A DNA stretch of 64,000 bases, from positions 9,798,001-9,862,000 of the forward strand of contig NC_087438.1 in NCBI RefSeq assembly GCF_036321535.1. Reading direction: 5' to 3'. This document shows positions 49,810 through 61,960 of the stretch, piece by piece; positions within the stretch are counted from its first letter, which is position 1; each line of letters begins with the position of its first letter. The notes below the pieces were generated by a model that ran no database searches, was not told the origin of the DNA, and saw nothing but the letters and a program-made list of their open reading frames with translations. Source of the stretch: Camelus dromedarius (taxonomy: Eukaryota). Both the position numbers and the translations under genes were made by a program.

Positions 49810-50066
49810 ACAGTAATAATATCTAATGATTAACTTGTGCTTCTGATGTACTAGGTCTTGATATAAATTCTTTCATGTATTACCTCACTTAAGGCTCAGA
49901 ACAACTCTGTGAAGGAGGAATTATTATGCTTTTGCAGATGAGGAAATGGAGGCCCAAGGAATTTAAGTAACGTCCCCTGGATCCCATAGCTGGTAGGTAG
50001 CAAGGTCAGAATTCAAACCCAGATTCCGACTCCAGCGTCTCTACATTCAGCTATTACATACACTAC
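49810..50066 (-). mobile_element. Near full-length MIR
   Basis: ttttgcagatgaggaaatggaggcccaagg...cagaattcaaacccag. Confidence 0.82.
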
Positions 50067-50469
50067 GCGTGAGCTCAGGTCTGGAAGCCAAGACGGAGGA
50101 CAAGGTTTTCAGCTTTTGATTCAAATATACTAGAGAAAATGAGGAGGATTGAACATGGAAATAATTTAGAAAAAGGAAAAAGAATAAAAGATGAACAAAG
50201 GAAATCTATCCTCAGATTTTTCAACATGGGAAACAAAGCTTTATCCCAAGTTATTTTCTTTTATCTCTTCTAATTTAACTAATAACCAATGCAGAAAACA
50301 TAACAAAGAATACGCAGGAAAATAGAGAATTTAGTCATTTGGGAAAGCCAATATTCGGAAACTGCATGAACTCTAAATATTTGTTAGCTAGAAGTGTAAA
50401 AGTATTTTTTAAAAGCCTCTGTGAATTTGAAGTATTTGGGGAAAATCACAAATACATTGGCGTTTGCTC

Positions 50470-50656
50470 TGTCTGGGATTACTAAGCCTGAATCTATTGT
50501 GGTACTTTAAAAAACAATTTTTTAAAAACAGTAACTCTTGCACCTCCCTCTCCAGAGGTTCTAATTTGATAGGATTGAGGTATAACACAATCATCTGTAT
50601 TTTAAAGCACCGTCATTGGTGATTATTTTTGCAAAGCCAGGGCTGAGAAATCTTGC
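50470..50656. mobile_element. MER5-like hAT-Charlie relic
   Basis: ccagaggttctaattt...atctgtattttaaagc...ggtgatt...agccagggctgagaa. Confidence 0.55.
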
Positions 50657-51555
50657 TCTGTTTTCTCTTTAGTGGGTGGATAATGTAATGGTAAAATCTG
50701 AAATCTTCAGAAGCATTTTTAGTGACGCGTCCAACTGTACATCAGTATCATTTTGCTTTATAATCCCCTCCTTCACACCTTCATCTACTTGATTTAAACT
50801 ATGAATTCATAAGTTCTCAATCAAAATACCTTCAAAAAACTTATATAAATGAGAATATTTATTTGATCAACAATGTCAAAAAAGATTTTACAGGTAGCTT
50901 ATCTAATAAGGATTCTGCCTTACCTTATAGTATTTATTTAGTAAAATATCTAAGTATGCAAGGCATTTAATTATAATCTTATAATCAATATATTCTAGCA
51001 TATATTGATGGTAATAAATAATATACTTTATCATGAATTGAACAGATATTACCTGAAATATTATTTCCAGGTGCAAACTTAAAACTAACATTATGACTAT
51101 AATAACTATTGAATCTCATAAAAATTCTTTATATGCAATTTTAATAAATTGTCTCCTTCAAGTTAATATTCTAAGATAGTTGCTTCCAAATTTTATGTGA
51201 ATGAGTGCCTTTTTAAAAAATGTCACGAATCCTCAAAGTGAATGCAATTAAATTTTCCTTATTCAGTCATAGTCTGGTGGGATTATTGATTCACTGAAGC
51301 CCTGCAGTTACTCTCCAGCCCACAGGGTGGACATCACAGGTCTAAAATGATTGGAACTGCAGAACCCTGAGCACTCAAGAAACCTGTAAGGGACAACCTG
51401 CGCTGAATATCCCAGAGCATTCAAGGATGTCCACAAACATTAGCACTAAAAGGCAATGCAGGGCTGCAGAAGAATCAGCACACACTCTAAAAGAATGCTA
51501 TAGGATCTGTTTTCCCCTTTAATTATACAAAAAAAGAAGAAGATTGCAATCATAC

Positions 51556-51797
51556 CTCAAGAATAGGACTCCAGTCGAGGATAGAAGAACTCATGAAAAC
51601 CATTCCATTTCTTGAGACAGTAGCGGGCGAAGCGTTGTCGATGTTATGAGGTTCAAAAACAATCTTGCAGTTTGGAGCCATGGGAATCCGATCGCCATTG
51701 GCAAGGGTTAGAGTTTTGTTATCATCCAAAACGGAATTCAGATTTTCAATCCAGATGGCGTCTACTGGACCATCGAGAACTATCCAGATGTGCTCCC
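51556..51797 (-). CDS. DNAH5: DNAH5 exon ~43, AAA2
   Basis: 242 nt; [38 protein letters not shown]...[25 protein letters not shown]; donor GAG|GTATGA. Confidence 0.96.
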
Positions 51798-52011
51798 CTA
51801 GAACATCCCGCCAAAGGCAGGAGGGAAAGCACGCATATACATATGTGCATATATACGTAATCACTGTGCCTAAAGAGGTACAATCGTCTGATGTAACTTT
51901 CATTAATTTTTGAATAAAGCTTTCATCTAAATGATTAGCCTATTTTGTCACAGAGGACTCTTCCGGGTCTTAATGGAGTAGTTGTTTAAAGCCCATAATC
52001 AAAGCAAAAAG

Positions 52012-52310
52012 TCATTTGTTCATTGAACAGATACCCACTGAGCACCTTTTCTGTGTCAGCATTGTTCCAGGGACATCGTGATAAAAAAGACAACATTCTG
52101 TCTTCACAGTGCTTCCATCCTAAGGAAAAGCTGATAATCACCAATACGTACGAAATAGATGTGATAAGAAGAATTAAGCAGGATAAGAGGATGGGGCATT
52201 TTAGATAAGGTGGTCAATGGAATATTTCTGGAGGAGAATGAAATGATGTAAATAAAGATCTAGAGAGAACATTTTTCAGGCAATGGGAATAGTAGTTGCA
52301 GGTACAAGCT
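52012..52310 (-). mobile_element. L2 3' end
   Basis: tcatttgttcattgaacagatacccactgagcacct...gtgtcagcattgtt. Confidence 0.72.
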
Positions 52311-53127
52311 TACAAAATCCTAATTATGCTCTTTAAACTAGCAGTTTAAGTAAAATGATGATTTGATCACCAAAATCCCTGTGAAAGAAAAGGCACATGT
52401 TGCCTTTTTTAAAAGGTTTAAAAAAAAGAAAAAAACTCTCTGAGTTCCTATTCTTTGATGCAACATTTGGTTACTGGATCTGTGTTTATATAGTATTACT
52501 AGACCAAATCAGAAACAAAATTTTATTAAATTCCAGTAAAACAACAGCAGTTTCTAATATGAGCACACTTTAGGAACGAGGTGCCTTCACGTCTCTTCTG
52601 ACAGTTGGTGTTGGGTTGATGAGCCATGTTCCCTACAAGGGAATGTCAGTGGAGCCACCTCAAACGGTTTTCAATAGAACACTGTGACCCAAAGCATGGA
52701 CTCGTGAAGTGAGCCCCCATGTCCTGTCCTTCTCCTGCAGTCCCCCCCGCCCCGTCCCTGCAGCTGCATTCACTGTGCCTTTCACCCACTCACTGAGGAG
52801 CAAGAGAATTAACAAGAGGAGAGTTGATATCCCCTCTCCCATCTGAGCTTACGTCCTGGGACCACTGGGCTCAATTTACAGAGCCCGTAAGTGAGAGAAT
52901 ATTCTGAGTGAACCACTAGCCCTTAACGAGTTTGTTTAAACAACAACCAAACACCAGTGTACATCTAAAGAGAATAATTTGTCAGGCTTCATCTTTGATG
53001 TACACAGTTTTCTTCCCAAAGAAGCCCATTTCCTCCTGTGATACAGTTGCTCTACTAATTTTAAATAGCCACCAAGGCTTTTATTTAGAAGTACATGTCA
53101 AAAATAATACTTGCAATTCATTTCTAC

Positions 53128-53274
53128 CTTTTTTAGCCCTCAACGTCTTCCTCCAAAGAGTAGAAAATATCCCATCGGTCCAATCATTCGTCGCCACGTC
53201 AAGCCGACCAAACATCTGCGGGGCTGTAATCGCTTTGGGATTCATTCTCATTTCCCGGTGTGGTTTTCCACAAT
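53128..53274 (-). CDS. DNAH5: DNAH5 exon ~42, AAA2
   Basis: 147 nt; [49 protein letters not shown]; donor AAG|GTAGAA. Confidence 0.96.
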
Positions 53275-53976
53275 CTGTACCAAGTAAATCCAAATTTTAA
53301 ACAACTCAGATGCAGAATGAACCATCATTAGGCAGCATTGCACCAATCGGCAGTGTACTGTCAGCAGGTGTTCAAAGTGTGAGAAATGCAAAATTAATCA
53401 TTCAAAATGTATGCCTTACTGCATTCCAAGTTATCATAATTAGCCTCATTATATCTTATTGACTAAAGCACTTTTTTATCTTCTGGAAAAGAAAACTGTA
53501 TGTTACATAAGGGGGAGAAAAAAGATACCATGCTGGAATTGATGAAGAGATTAATACAATCTAGAAGTTCTTCAAAATGTCACAGCTCAAAAAATCTTTT
53601 GGTTTATGGTATATTAAATTAAATCTTATGTCTGAGCTATCACTTAGAAATATCACTATCACTTAGATTTGCTGAGATATGTTCTTGGCCATTTGGAAAA
53701 AAAATCAGCTAAACTAATGTTACAGGAATCAAGGACTTTTCTTTGGTGGCCAGTCTCAAAAAAAGGCATTCAAATCTTTCAATCCCTAAAACTACTCTTA
53801 AATAAGACAGATTCTGTATGTAGGGGACTGTGGTTAATAAGCAAAAAATCAAAGAATAAGGCTTAAGGTATAAACTTAAAAAAAAACAGATGCTAGAATA
53901 TTACATACTGTGTGGAAAGATGGACAAACACAGGCACACAGACATAAATGTGCACATTGGAAACGAAAACCCATTT

Positions 53977-54044
53977 AGAAAATTAGATTTAAAAAGAAAG
54001 AAAAAGAAAATTAGATTTAAAAAGAAAGAAAAAGAAAATTAGAT
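53977..54044. repeat. Perfect 28-bp tandem repeat, 2.4 copies
   Basis: agaaaattagatttaaaaagaaagaaaa twice, then agaaaattagat. Confidence 0.95.
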
Positions 54045-54439
54045 CTTAGTTCTCTTTTTTCAAAATCACAAGAAGAATCAGGGCAATTATTTGCAATATT
54101 TTAAGATGCTAAAGTTCAGCTTAATCACAGTTCAGCTTTTTCAGTAAATGACATCCAGAAGACTGGGAACACATTTTTTTAAATCTAATCACACTCTACA
54201 AAAGGGCAGCAAACTCTTCAAATGTATGACAGCATCATAGGTGAAAACTGGACTTGGTCTGTTGCCCATACAAGAGAAATCATCAAAAATTATTTCATTA
54301 CAGTTATAGGTAGATTGTATCATTTTCATTTAAAATACCATAACATTTTTATAAGAGCTTGATAAGAAAAAAATGCTTGACTTTTAACTTGTTGGTTAAA
54401 CTAATTCCTCTTAATTCTTTTCCTAGGCACTGCTTGACT

Positions 54440-55510
54440 GTCCTGATCACTCTGTCTTCATGGACTCTGTCCTAACGCAACCGCCCTTTTCTTGCTGTCA
54501 CCTCCTTATGGAGGTCCCTAGACAGCCTCTCCTGTCGTGCAGTCTCTTCTCTACATGGCCACCAGGTGCTCCTCTACACACAGGGCTAGTCACATCACTC
54601 CCCAGCTCTCTGGCTTCCAATCACCTACAGAATAAAATCTAGATATTTAGCATGACCTACAAAGCCTCTATGCCATGCCATCCACACTTAACTTGAATTC
54701 TCCCTGGAAGCAAAGCCTCAAACAAAGACATGGGTACTGGGAATTTGGATTCAGGGGGAAAAAAAGAGTGAGAAAGGAAAGGAGAGAAAACCCATAAAGG
54801 GCTCCTTGGTGAGCTGGTCACAGATGGAGTGTCCCATAAAAGACAGGAGGAGATGGGACATTTGCTCTTCCCCCCACTGGTTGAGGGAATGGCTGCCTCG
54901 GAAGTACTAATTTCCATCCAGCCCCTTCTTCCAGTTCCCTAGCTTCAAGGAAAGTCACAGGGCTGAAAAACCAGGAGACAGCACTGGTGTTTGGGGGAGA
55001 AACTGTCCAAAAGCTACATCTGTAGCAGGGAAGGGCCAGAGGGATGTGGCACTGGGCACCAAGGGCATCTGCTACAGCCCCTCATCTCCCTCACCCCACG
55101 CACACACACATGACATTTCCTCCACGCCAAAGCACTTCTCCAGGTGTATCGTGCTCTCGCCAGTCCCCTCCTACCTGCTCTGCCTCTTCATTCTGCTAAG
55201 AATGCCTTTTATCCATCTGCTGCTCAACCTTCAAACCTCAGGTGAAGTAGAACCCACTCTGTAAGCCTTTCTAGAATTCCTTGGAAAGGTTTCAGATCTC
55301 CTTTGCCTCTGCCCACAGGAGAACTGTCCAAGTCGTCCTCCCGTCCAGTCTTCCATGCTGAGTTACAGTTACCTGTTTCACTCCACCACACTGTAAACTC
55401 CTTGAAGACATGGCCATTTTTTTTCATGCCTGTTTTTCCAATTCTAGTACAAAACTCAAAGTACAAAACATCAAAGATATTTGATGAGCAAATACACGAT
55501 GAATAAAGGA
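54440..55510 (+). mobile_element. L2 relic interrupted by an old LTR
   Basis: cctacagaataaaatctagatatttagcatgacctacaaagcc; resumes near 55080 and ends aagatatttgatgagcaaatacacgatgaataa. Confidence 0.6.
54690..55076 (-). mobile_element. LTR33/LTR16-like ERVL solo LTR
   Basis: cctggaagcaaagcctca...gggcaccaagggcatctgctaca resembles the recalled antisense LTR33 ends. Confidence 0.5.
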
Positions 55511-56559
55511 ACAAGTAACATACATGGGTCTAGTAGAAGTCCAACCTTCTCAATCTTTTGGATAATGAAAGTTTTCAGTAAGAAGCAATGGATTATTTAA
55601 CATAACAAATGTTTACCCTACATACTAAAGCCAAGAACAGGCTAATAAACAGCAAGTAGTCTAATAATTAGTTCATCTTTGCAAGGAACTTCTCCGAAAC
55701 CAGAGACACCATACTGACTACATAATTCAGTCACAGTACACATAGTGTTTCATATTCGTACTCATTTTGTTCAAGTCATTGTACCACGTGCATCTGTAGT
55801 TTACTGTTGACAGGAGGCAGCTTCATAACAACAATAAAAGTATTATTAAGCATAATTTGAGAGGAAGAATATGTCATTTTAATGTTACATAAAAAATCCC
55901 AAAACAGAATCTTAAAGGCACACGTGAAGCCACGTGCTAAGTCCTGCGGGTGCGACCTTTCAGGCTGGGTGGAGGTCTGTGCCAGCTGAAAGCGTACCCC
56001 TATCTCAGTGTGCAGACCCCTGGCAGAGTCCTGATGTACAGAATTTACTTCCTCCTAACTGAGGAAACTCAGAGTAAATCCAATGAGTGCAGGTCAGTAG
56101 AGCAAATATACACCATTGCCACTGACCACCAACTTAATATCAGTGCACTGGGGCTCCACCAGCTGACTGGAAACCCAGCCAGGCAGCTTCTCCCTTTGGG
56201 ACAATGTAGGATGCACTCCAACAGCCAAAGTTCTGGGAGATTTTGGAACTTAACTGCCACAGCTAAGGGCTATCAATACGTTTAGGAAGAAAGTCATTGA
56301 TGTCTAATCAGAACCAGAGAATACAGGAATAATCATGAACATGGCAACGTCCATGATCCCTAGATGACCTCGAATTAAGGACTTGGGTGTAAGGCTTAGG
56401 GACATCTGGAAATTAAATGCATTTATTTCACTCCATAAGAAAAGTATCTGATTCTGGGTGGAAAACTAGTTTGTAATTAGGAAGATCTTTCAATACATAG
56501 AATTTAACAGTTGAGATTGGAATTATTGAGAGGTAGCATCTTGTATCAAGTTATTATTG

Positions 56560-56770
56560 GGAAATGGTATGGTATACTGGGAAAAGTCTGGGTTTCTCAT
56601 TAATGGACCCTGACCTTAATTTTGACTCTCATTACTTACCATCTTTTTGACCTTGAGCATTTCCAAAATTGAGCCTTGACTTTTTTGTACAAAATGGGGT
56701 TAGTAATAGCCACATCTCACGATCATTTTGAAAGCCATGTAAAACATACAGCACAGTGCATAAAGTCACT
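56560..56770 (+). mobile_element. MIR relic
   Basis: tgaccttgagca...aaaatggggttagtaatagc...catgtaaaacatacagcacagtgc. Confidence 0.65.
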
Positions 56771-56787
56771 TTTAAAAATGTTTTTCC

Positions 56788-57373
56788 TGTAGCATTATTC
56801 AGAAGAGCCAAGATATGGAAGCAACCTACGTGTCTGTCAAGGAATAAATGAATAGAAAATGTGGTATACATATACAATGGAATAGTATGCAACCACAAGA
56901 AATGACATTTGTAAAAACATGGATGGACCTTGAGGGCATTATGCTGAGTAAAATAAGTCAGACAAAGACAGATATTGTATAACATCACTTACATGTGGAA
57001 TCTAAAAGAGTCAGACTCAGAGAAGCAGATTGTAGAATGGCGGTTACCAAAGATTGGGGGGTGAGGGAAATGGGAAGCCACTGGACAAAGGGTACAAACT
57101 TCCAGTTATAAGATTAACAAGTTTGGAGATCTAATGTACAGCATGGTGATTATAGCTAATAATATCGTATCATATACTTGAACATTTCCAAGAGAGTAGA
57201 TCTTAAATGTTCTCATCACAAAAATGAAATGGTTATTATGTGATGCAATGGAGGTGGTAGCTAATGCCAGGGTGATAATAATTTTGCAACATATAAATGA
57301 ATCAAATCAACATATTGTACACTTTAAACTTAAACATGTTATGTGTCAAAATTATACCTCAATAAAGCTGAAG
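56788..57373 (+). mobile_element. L1MA9-like 3' end
   Basis: tgtagcattattc...gccaagatatggaagcaacct...ctcaataaagctg; TSD aaaaa(t)tgtttttcc at 56774 and 57374 behind TT|AAAA. Confidence 0.9.
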
Positions 57374-57568
57374 AAAAATTGTTTTTCCCCTCTGGTCCAT
57401 TAATTTAATGTGTTATCTCTAAAACGTACTCAATGTTCAATAAAGCAGCATTCCCTCCTATAAAAATATATTAACGTATCTACCTTAGTGTCCTCCTTGG
57501 AGCATTCACAAGTGTCACAACTATTTAAACGTGTTGCCCAGAGTCATGCAGCGTGGCAGCCTCCTTAC

Positions 57569-57722
57569 CTGTCATGGCTTTCATCAAGGTGTGGATGCAC
57601 GTGGTTTTCCCTGCTCCACTGGGTCCCAGGGTCATCATTCCATGCCGCACTCTCTGTGTTTCAAACAGTTGGATGACCTTCAGTTTCCAAGGAGGGTGGT
57701 TGATTAAACCAGCCTCTTCAAC
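57569..57722 (-). CDS. DNAH5: DNAH5 exon ~41, AAA2 Walker A
   Basis: 154 nt; [51 protein letters not shown]; donor CAG|GTAAGG. Confidence 0.96.
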
Positions 57723-57804
57723 CTGAAAATGTAACAAAATCCCCACATTGGGCCATATGAACAGCTATCAGGACTCATCATCGTGCTCAAAATAAGTATA
57801 GACA

Positions 57805-58000
57805 TGCAGTGAGGTTAGAGGTGTGAGGAATTACCGTTAACGCATATGAAGTTTCAGTTTGGGAAGATGAAAAAAATTCTGCAGATGAACAGTGGTGACA
57901 TTTGCACAATAGTGAATGTACTTAATGCCACTGAACTGTATGCTTAAAAAATACTTTAAATGATAAATTTTGTGGTATGTATTTTACCACAATTAAAATA
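57805..58000 (+). mobile_element. L1MB-like 3' terminal fragment
   Basis: gtttcagtttgggaagatgaaaaa...gtgaatgtacttaatgccactgaactgta. Confidence 0.82.
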
Positions 58001-58273
58001 GTGCATAACAAGTACCTATACACAGACAAAAAGCAAGCTAACATAATCAAAATGATAGCCCAGAAAATTAACAAGAAACACCTGCGTTTGTCTTTGGGAA
58101 TTGACTACATTCATATTAACATGTTATTGAATGTACATATTAGGAGCAACTTAAGAATTTAAAATGCATTTTAAATTGTTAATTTAAAAGATGGTATTTA
58201 ATTTAACAAGGTAATTTCAAGCATACCAAATTGACTGACTGTCTTTAGACATCTATCAAACACATGTATGGAA

Positions 58274-58419
58274 GTTCTTTTTTTTCGGTGGGGGGATAAT
58301 TTGGTTTATTTATTTATTTTATTTAAGTATTTATTTTTTTAAGGGGATACACAAGATTGAACCCAGGACCTCATGCATGCTAAGCACACAGTCTACCACT
58401 GAGCTGTACCCTCCACCCT
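58274..58419 (-). mobile_element. tRNA-Ala-derived SINE (vic-1-like), second and more diverged copy
   Basis: gattgaacccaggacctcatgcatgctaagcacacagtctaccactgagct is the reverse complement of the 46724 head; 17-bp TSD caaa(c/t)acatgtatggaa at 58257-58273 and 58421-58437. Confidence 0.9.
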
Positions 58420-58437
58420 TCAAATACATGTATGGAA

Positions 58438-58636
58438 TCTACTCCACCAAGCACTATTCTACGTGTAATATTCTATGAGATTAGCACTATTGATACATTC
58501 ATTTTACAGAGAAGGAAACTGAGGCACAAAGAGGCTATGCAATTTACCCAAGATTATTAGTTATAAAGTTATAGAGCAGAGATTTGAGCCCAGAAAATCC
58601 AGCCTTATGGTCCATGCTTTTAACCATCAGCTGTGC
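58438..58636 (-). mobile_element. MIR
   Basis: cattttacagagaaggaaactgaggcacaaagagg core; gatttgagcccag B-box. Confidence 0.82.
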
Positions 58637-59650
58637 TTAAATCCAGTATAAACGATGCTTTTATTTTTACTTAAGTAATTTTGGGACAGTAACCATGTAT
58701 CATTTTATGCTATGTATTTGCTCTTCAGATTTTTCATATGCTACAAATCACTAACATAAGTCACCCCATTAACTACTCTACATTTAGCTTTTGTAGGCAG
58801 TGCTACAGTTAATTTGGCCAAATGATGAAGAAGCCATTTGCAAATGAATTATCACTTTTACATGATTAGGAGATTAAGATTTTTATACACTGATTTTTAA
58901 AGGGAAAATATCCACTACATAATACCATATTTGATTTTTATTACAAATCTCTTTAAAGAATTGAAATGTATTTTATAAATATGAGCTAATCAACCATTTC
59001 TATCAAACTTTTTTTTCTCCCAAGCTCTTTTCCGTAGGAAAGGAAATTGAGGCATGAGGTTTTTCATGACTCATTTCCATTCCTAGGAAGACTATAAAAA
59101 TTTAAAGCTGCACGAAGTATCATGGGAAATCCAGACACCTCACGAGACACTTGACATGATGGATCCCCAGGGCCCAAGGAAGAAATCATGAGTGGTCCTG
59201 AGCCTGGGGAGAAAGAGTGACAGCGGAGGAGCCACATGAGATCATTGCCAAAGACACTCAGAGGCAGGAGTCCCGAGATCAAAGCAACGTGGTGAACACC
59301 AGGGCCACAGAGAGAACCAAGCCACACACGGGCAACGCAGCCGGCCAAGCCCCACCAGCACCTCTTGACCCATCACATTCCATTTGGGAATCCAGCGTGG
59401 AATGTTCGCCATCGGTAACCATGGGCCACTAGCACATGGCTAGCTGGACACATGATTGTGCAATAGTAGGAGACCCCTGGAAGGAAGACCTCTATCATTC
59501 ACGATGTGCAATGACTTCTCCCAAAGCAGTCATCCCATCCGCCGGTGTTGTTCTTGGAGCCCGTAGATTTAGGCCATACCAGCTCCATTAGGTTCCCATG
59601 AAATTCAGATGAAATGGACACAGTACTCAACGTCCCGTGAAATATATTAC

Positions 59651-59758
59651 CTGTCTACTAATTGCCGTTTCCAGTTCGGGGTAACCTGCCTTGTCCAGAA
59701 GAATATTTGGGAAGAGATCTTCAATCAGACTCAAAAATAAGGGTTCATCCTCATCAAT
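59651..59758 (-). CDS. DNAH5: DNAH5 exon ~40
   Basis: 108 nt; [36 protein letters not shown]; acceptor ttttGAG, donor CAG|GTAATA. Confidence 0.94.
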
Positions 59759-60603
59759 CTCAAAAAGAAAATAAAGGCAAATCATTCCAATTATTTTGGC
59801 ACAATGTCAGATCAACTGAAAATGCCCAATTCAGCCGAGATTACTGTATCACAGCCAGTAATTAACAAAATATCACTGGTTCTGAAGTTGAAAATATTTT
59901 CATCATGTTGCCCATAAATCAAAAATTAGTTTTAAAAAGGAGGAAGGGAAGGAGGAAGAAGATGGGGGGGTGGGGAGTGGAATAGAAGGAAAGAAAATAC
60001 TGCCTACCTGAGATATTTTCCATCAAATAACCAGTTTGGGGAGTTATTATATAACCTAGAATTTCTCATTTAAATTAGAATTTTAACTTAAAGACTTTTT
60101 CAAATGAGATACAGTGGCAAACTTATGAGTTAGAACTTGGTTTCTGTTTTTATACTGAAATAAAAATGTATCACCCCGTCACCCCATATGTAGATCCACT
60201 GATACTGGACAATTGATTGTCAGTCTCTACCGTGAAATCAGAGTGTGAAATGATTACACACTTGTCAAATTTACATATAATTTCCTGCCAAGATCTGCTT
60301 TAAAGAAGGCGAGATTTTTGCTCTAAAACACAAAAATGATTCAAGGTATTTGGAAACGTAACATGGCGATTTTTGAAAATCCGTTTCAATTCTATCAGAA
60401 TAGGCATATGTTAGGCTAAATGTGAGTCACCACAAAAAGTACTTCTGAAAAAAGGATTAATTTAAACTTGTGTTCTCCGGCGCTTTATCTGATGATTAAG
60501 AATTTAAGCGAGCATTTTAAATAAATATTTCTAAATCTCTTTTGCGCTCAGTTAGTTCAACTAATATTTAAGTGGGCGGAACAGTTCCATCTGTGACTCT
60601 TAC

Positions 60604-60738
60604 CAGTTTAGAAAGATTCATGTCTCGTAGTACACGCATGACAACTGTGGATTCTGTATCCGTGGGGCTGGCTCTTTTTGCTGCTCCCAGTGTTCGCAGA
60701 ACTGACAGAATGTTACGCAGACCGAAGTCATAATGTAC
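60604..60738 (-). CDS. DNAH5: DNAH5 exon ~39
   Basis: 135 nt; [45 protein letters not shown]; acceptor CAG, donor CTG|GTAAGA. Confidence 0.96.
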
Positions 60739-61336
60739 CTGAAGAGTAAGAGGAACACTGGGGTTTATTTTCTAATATTAACTTACCCATGAAAATGGTA
60801 CAGATTTGGCAGAAGACCCATTTGCAATAATGAATAAACCCTGACTTTCCTTTAGAAAACTTGTACAGTGGGCAGAGCAATAAACATTTTTATCAATAGA
60901 TTTTTTTGAGCAAATGGAGAACACCCAAGAGTCCGCTCCTGAACCATCATTAATTTAAGTCCTGAGATCAGAACTACTAGACAGAGTTTGACAGGGAGGA
61001 AGGAACAAATTTCCTCTTGGAGTATACATGTCCCCCTGAGCCTCTTCTTGATCAATCATCCATAGGAAAATATCCTCGTATCTTGAAAGCTAAAACTCCG
61101 AACAGTATTAAGCTCTGACCTCACTCACGACCATCACATAAGGTTAAAAGGCAGGGGAATTGAGGAGAAAGAAAAGTAGCTACATTCCACGATCGCCCAG
61201 GGTCAGGGGAGAATAAGGACAAATCAGAATGTCAACCCCACCCCCAGCTTTGTTATTCCCTTGATATATATTTATAAAAGCTCAATCATGCCCGATTTCA
61301 GCACATATAAAGTGAATAATTAAAAACCAATTATCC

Positions 61337-61960
61337 AACCGCTATAGGAAACAGTATCCCTGGAAATTCCTCAAAAATTTTAAAATAGAGCTGCCATGTG
61401 ACCCAGCCCTCCCACTTCAGGGGTTATGTCCAAAAGCACTGAAAGCAGAGTCTCAAAAAGATAATTTGCACACTCATGTTCATGGCAACACTATTCACAA
61501 CAGCCAAGAGGCAGAAGCAGTCCAAATGCCCATCAGCGGATGAATGGATAAACAAAATGCAGCATGTGCGTAAATGGGAATGTTACTCAACCAGAAAAAG
61601 GAAGCAAATCTTGTCACAAGCTACACCGTGAATGAAACTTGAGGACATTATGCTGAGTTAAATAGGCCAGTCACAAAAGACAAATACTGTATGGTTCCAC
61701 TTATCTGAGGGACTGAAAGTAGTCAAATACATACAAACAGAAAGCAGAATAGTGGTTACCAGGGGCAGAGGGAAGGGAAAGGCAGGAGCTGTTGTTTAAT
61801 GAGTATAGTGTTTCAGTTGTACAAAATGGAAAAAGTTACGGAGGTCTGCTTCACAAAAACGTGAATATACTTGACACTACTGAACTGTACACTTGTACAC
61901 TTAAAAATGGTTAAGATGATAAATTTAATGTTACATATTTTTTACCATTGTAAAAAATAA
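61337..61960 (+). mobile_element. L1MB-like 3' end
   Basis: aaaatagagctgccatgtgacccagc...gatgaatggataaacaaaatg...ctactgaactgtacactt. Confidence 0.88.

Noticed and set aside
53638..53668. Micro-duplications (tatcacttaga twice; tgtacact twice near 61886)
   Set aside because: These are ordinary short slippage events.
59330..59425. RFX X-box-like sites expected for a ciliary gene (also near 41745, 45312 and 56341)
   Set aside because: I found only half-sites or mismatched matches, too degenerate to support.
60781..60789. Strong donor-like GTAAGT just upstream of the exon ~39 acceptor
   Set aside because: It would define a 48-nt intron, below the practical mammalian minimum.
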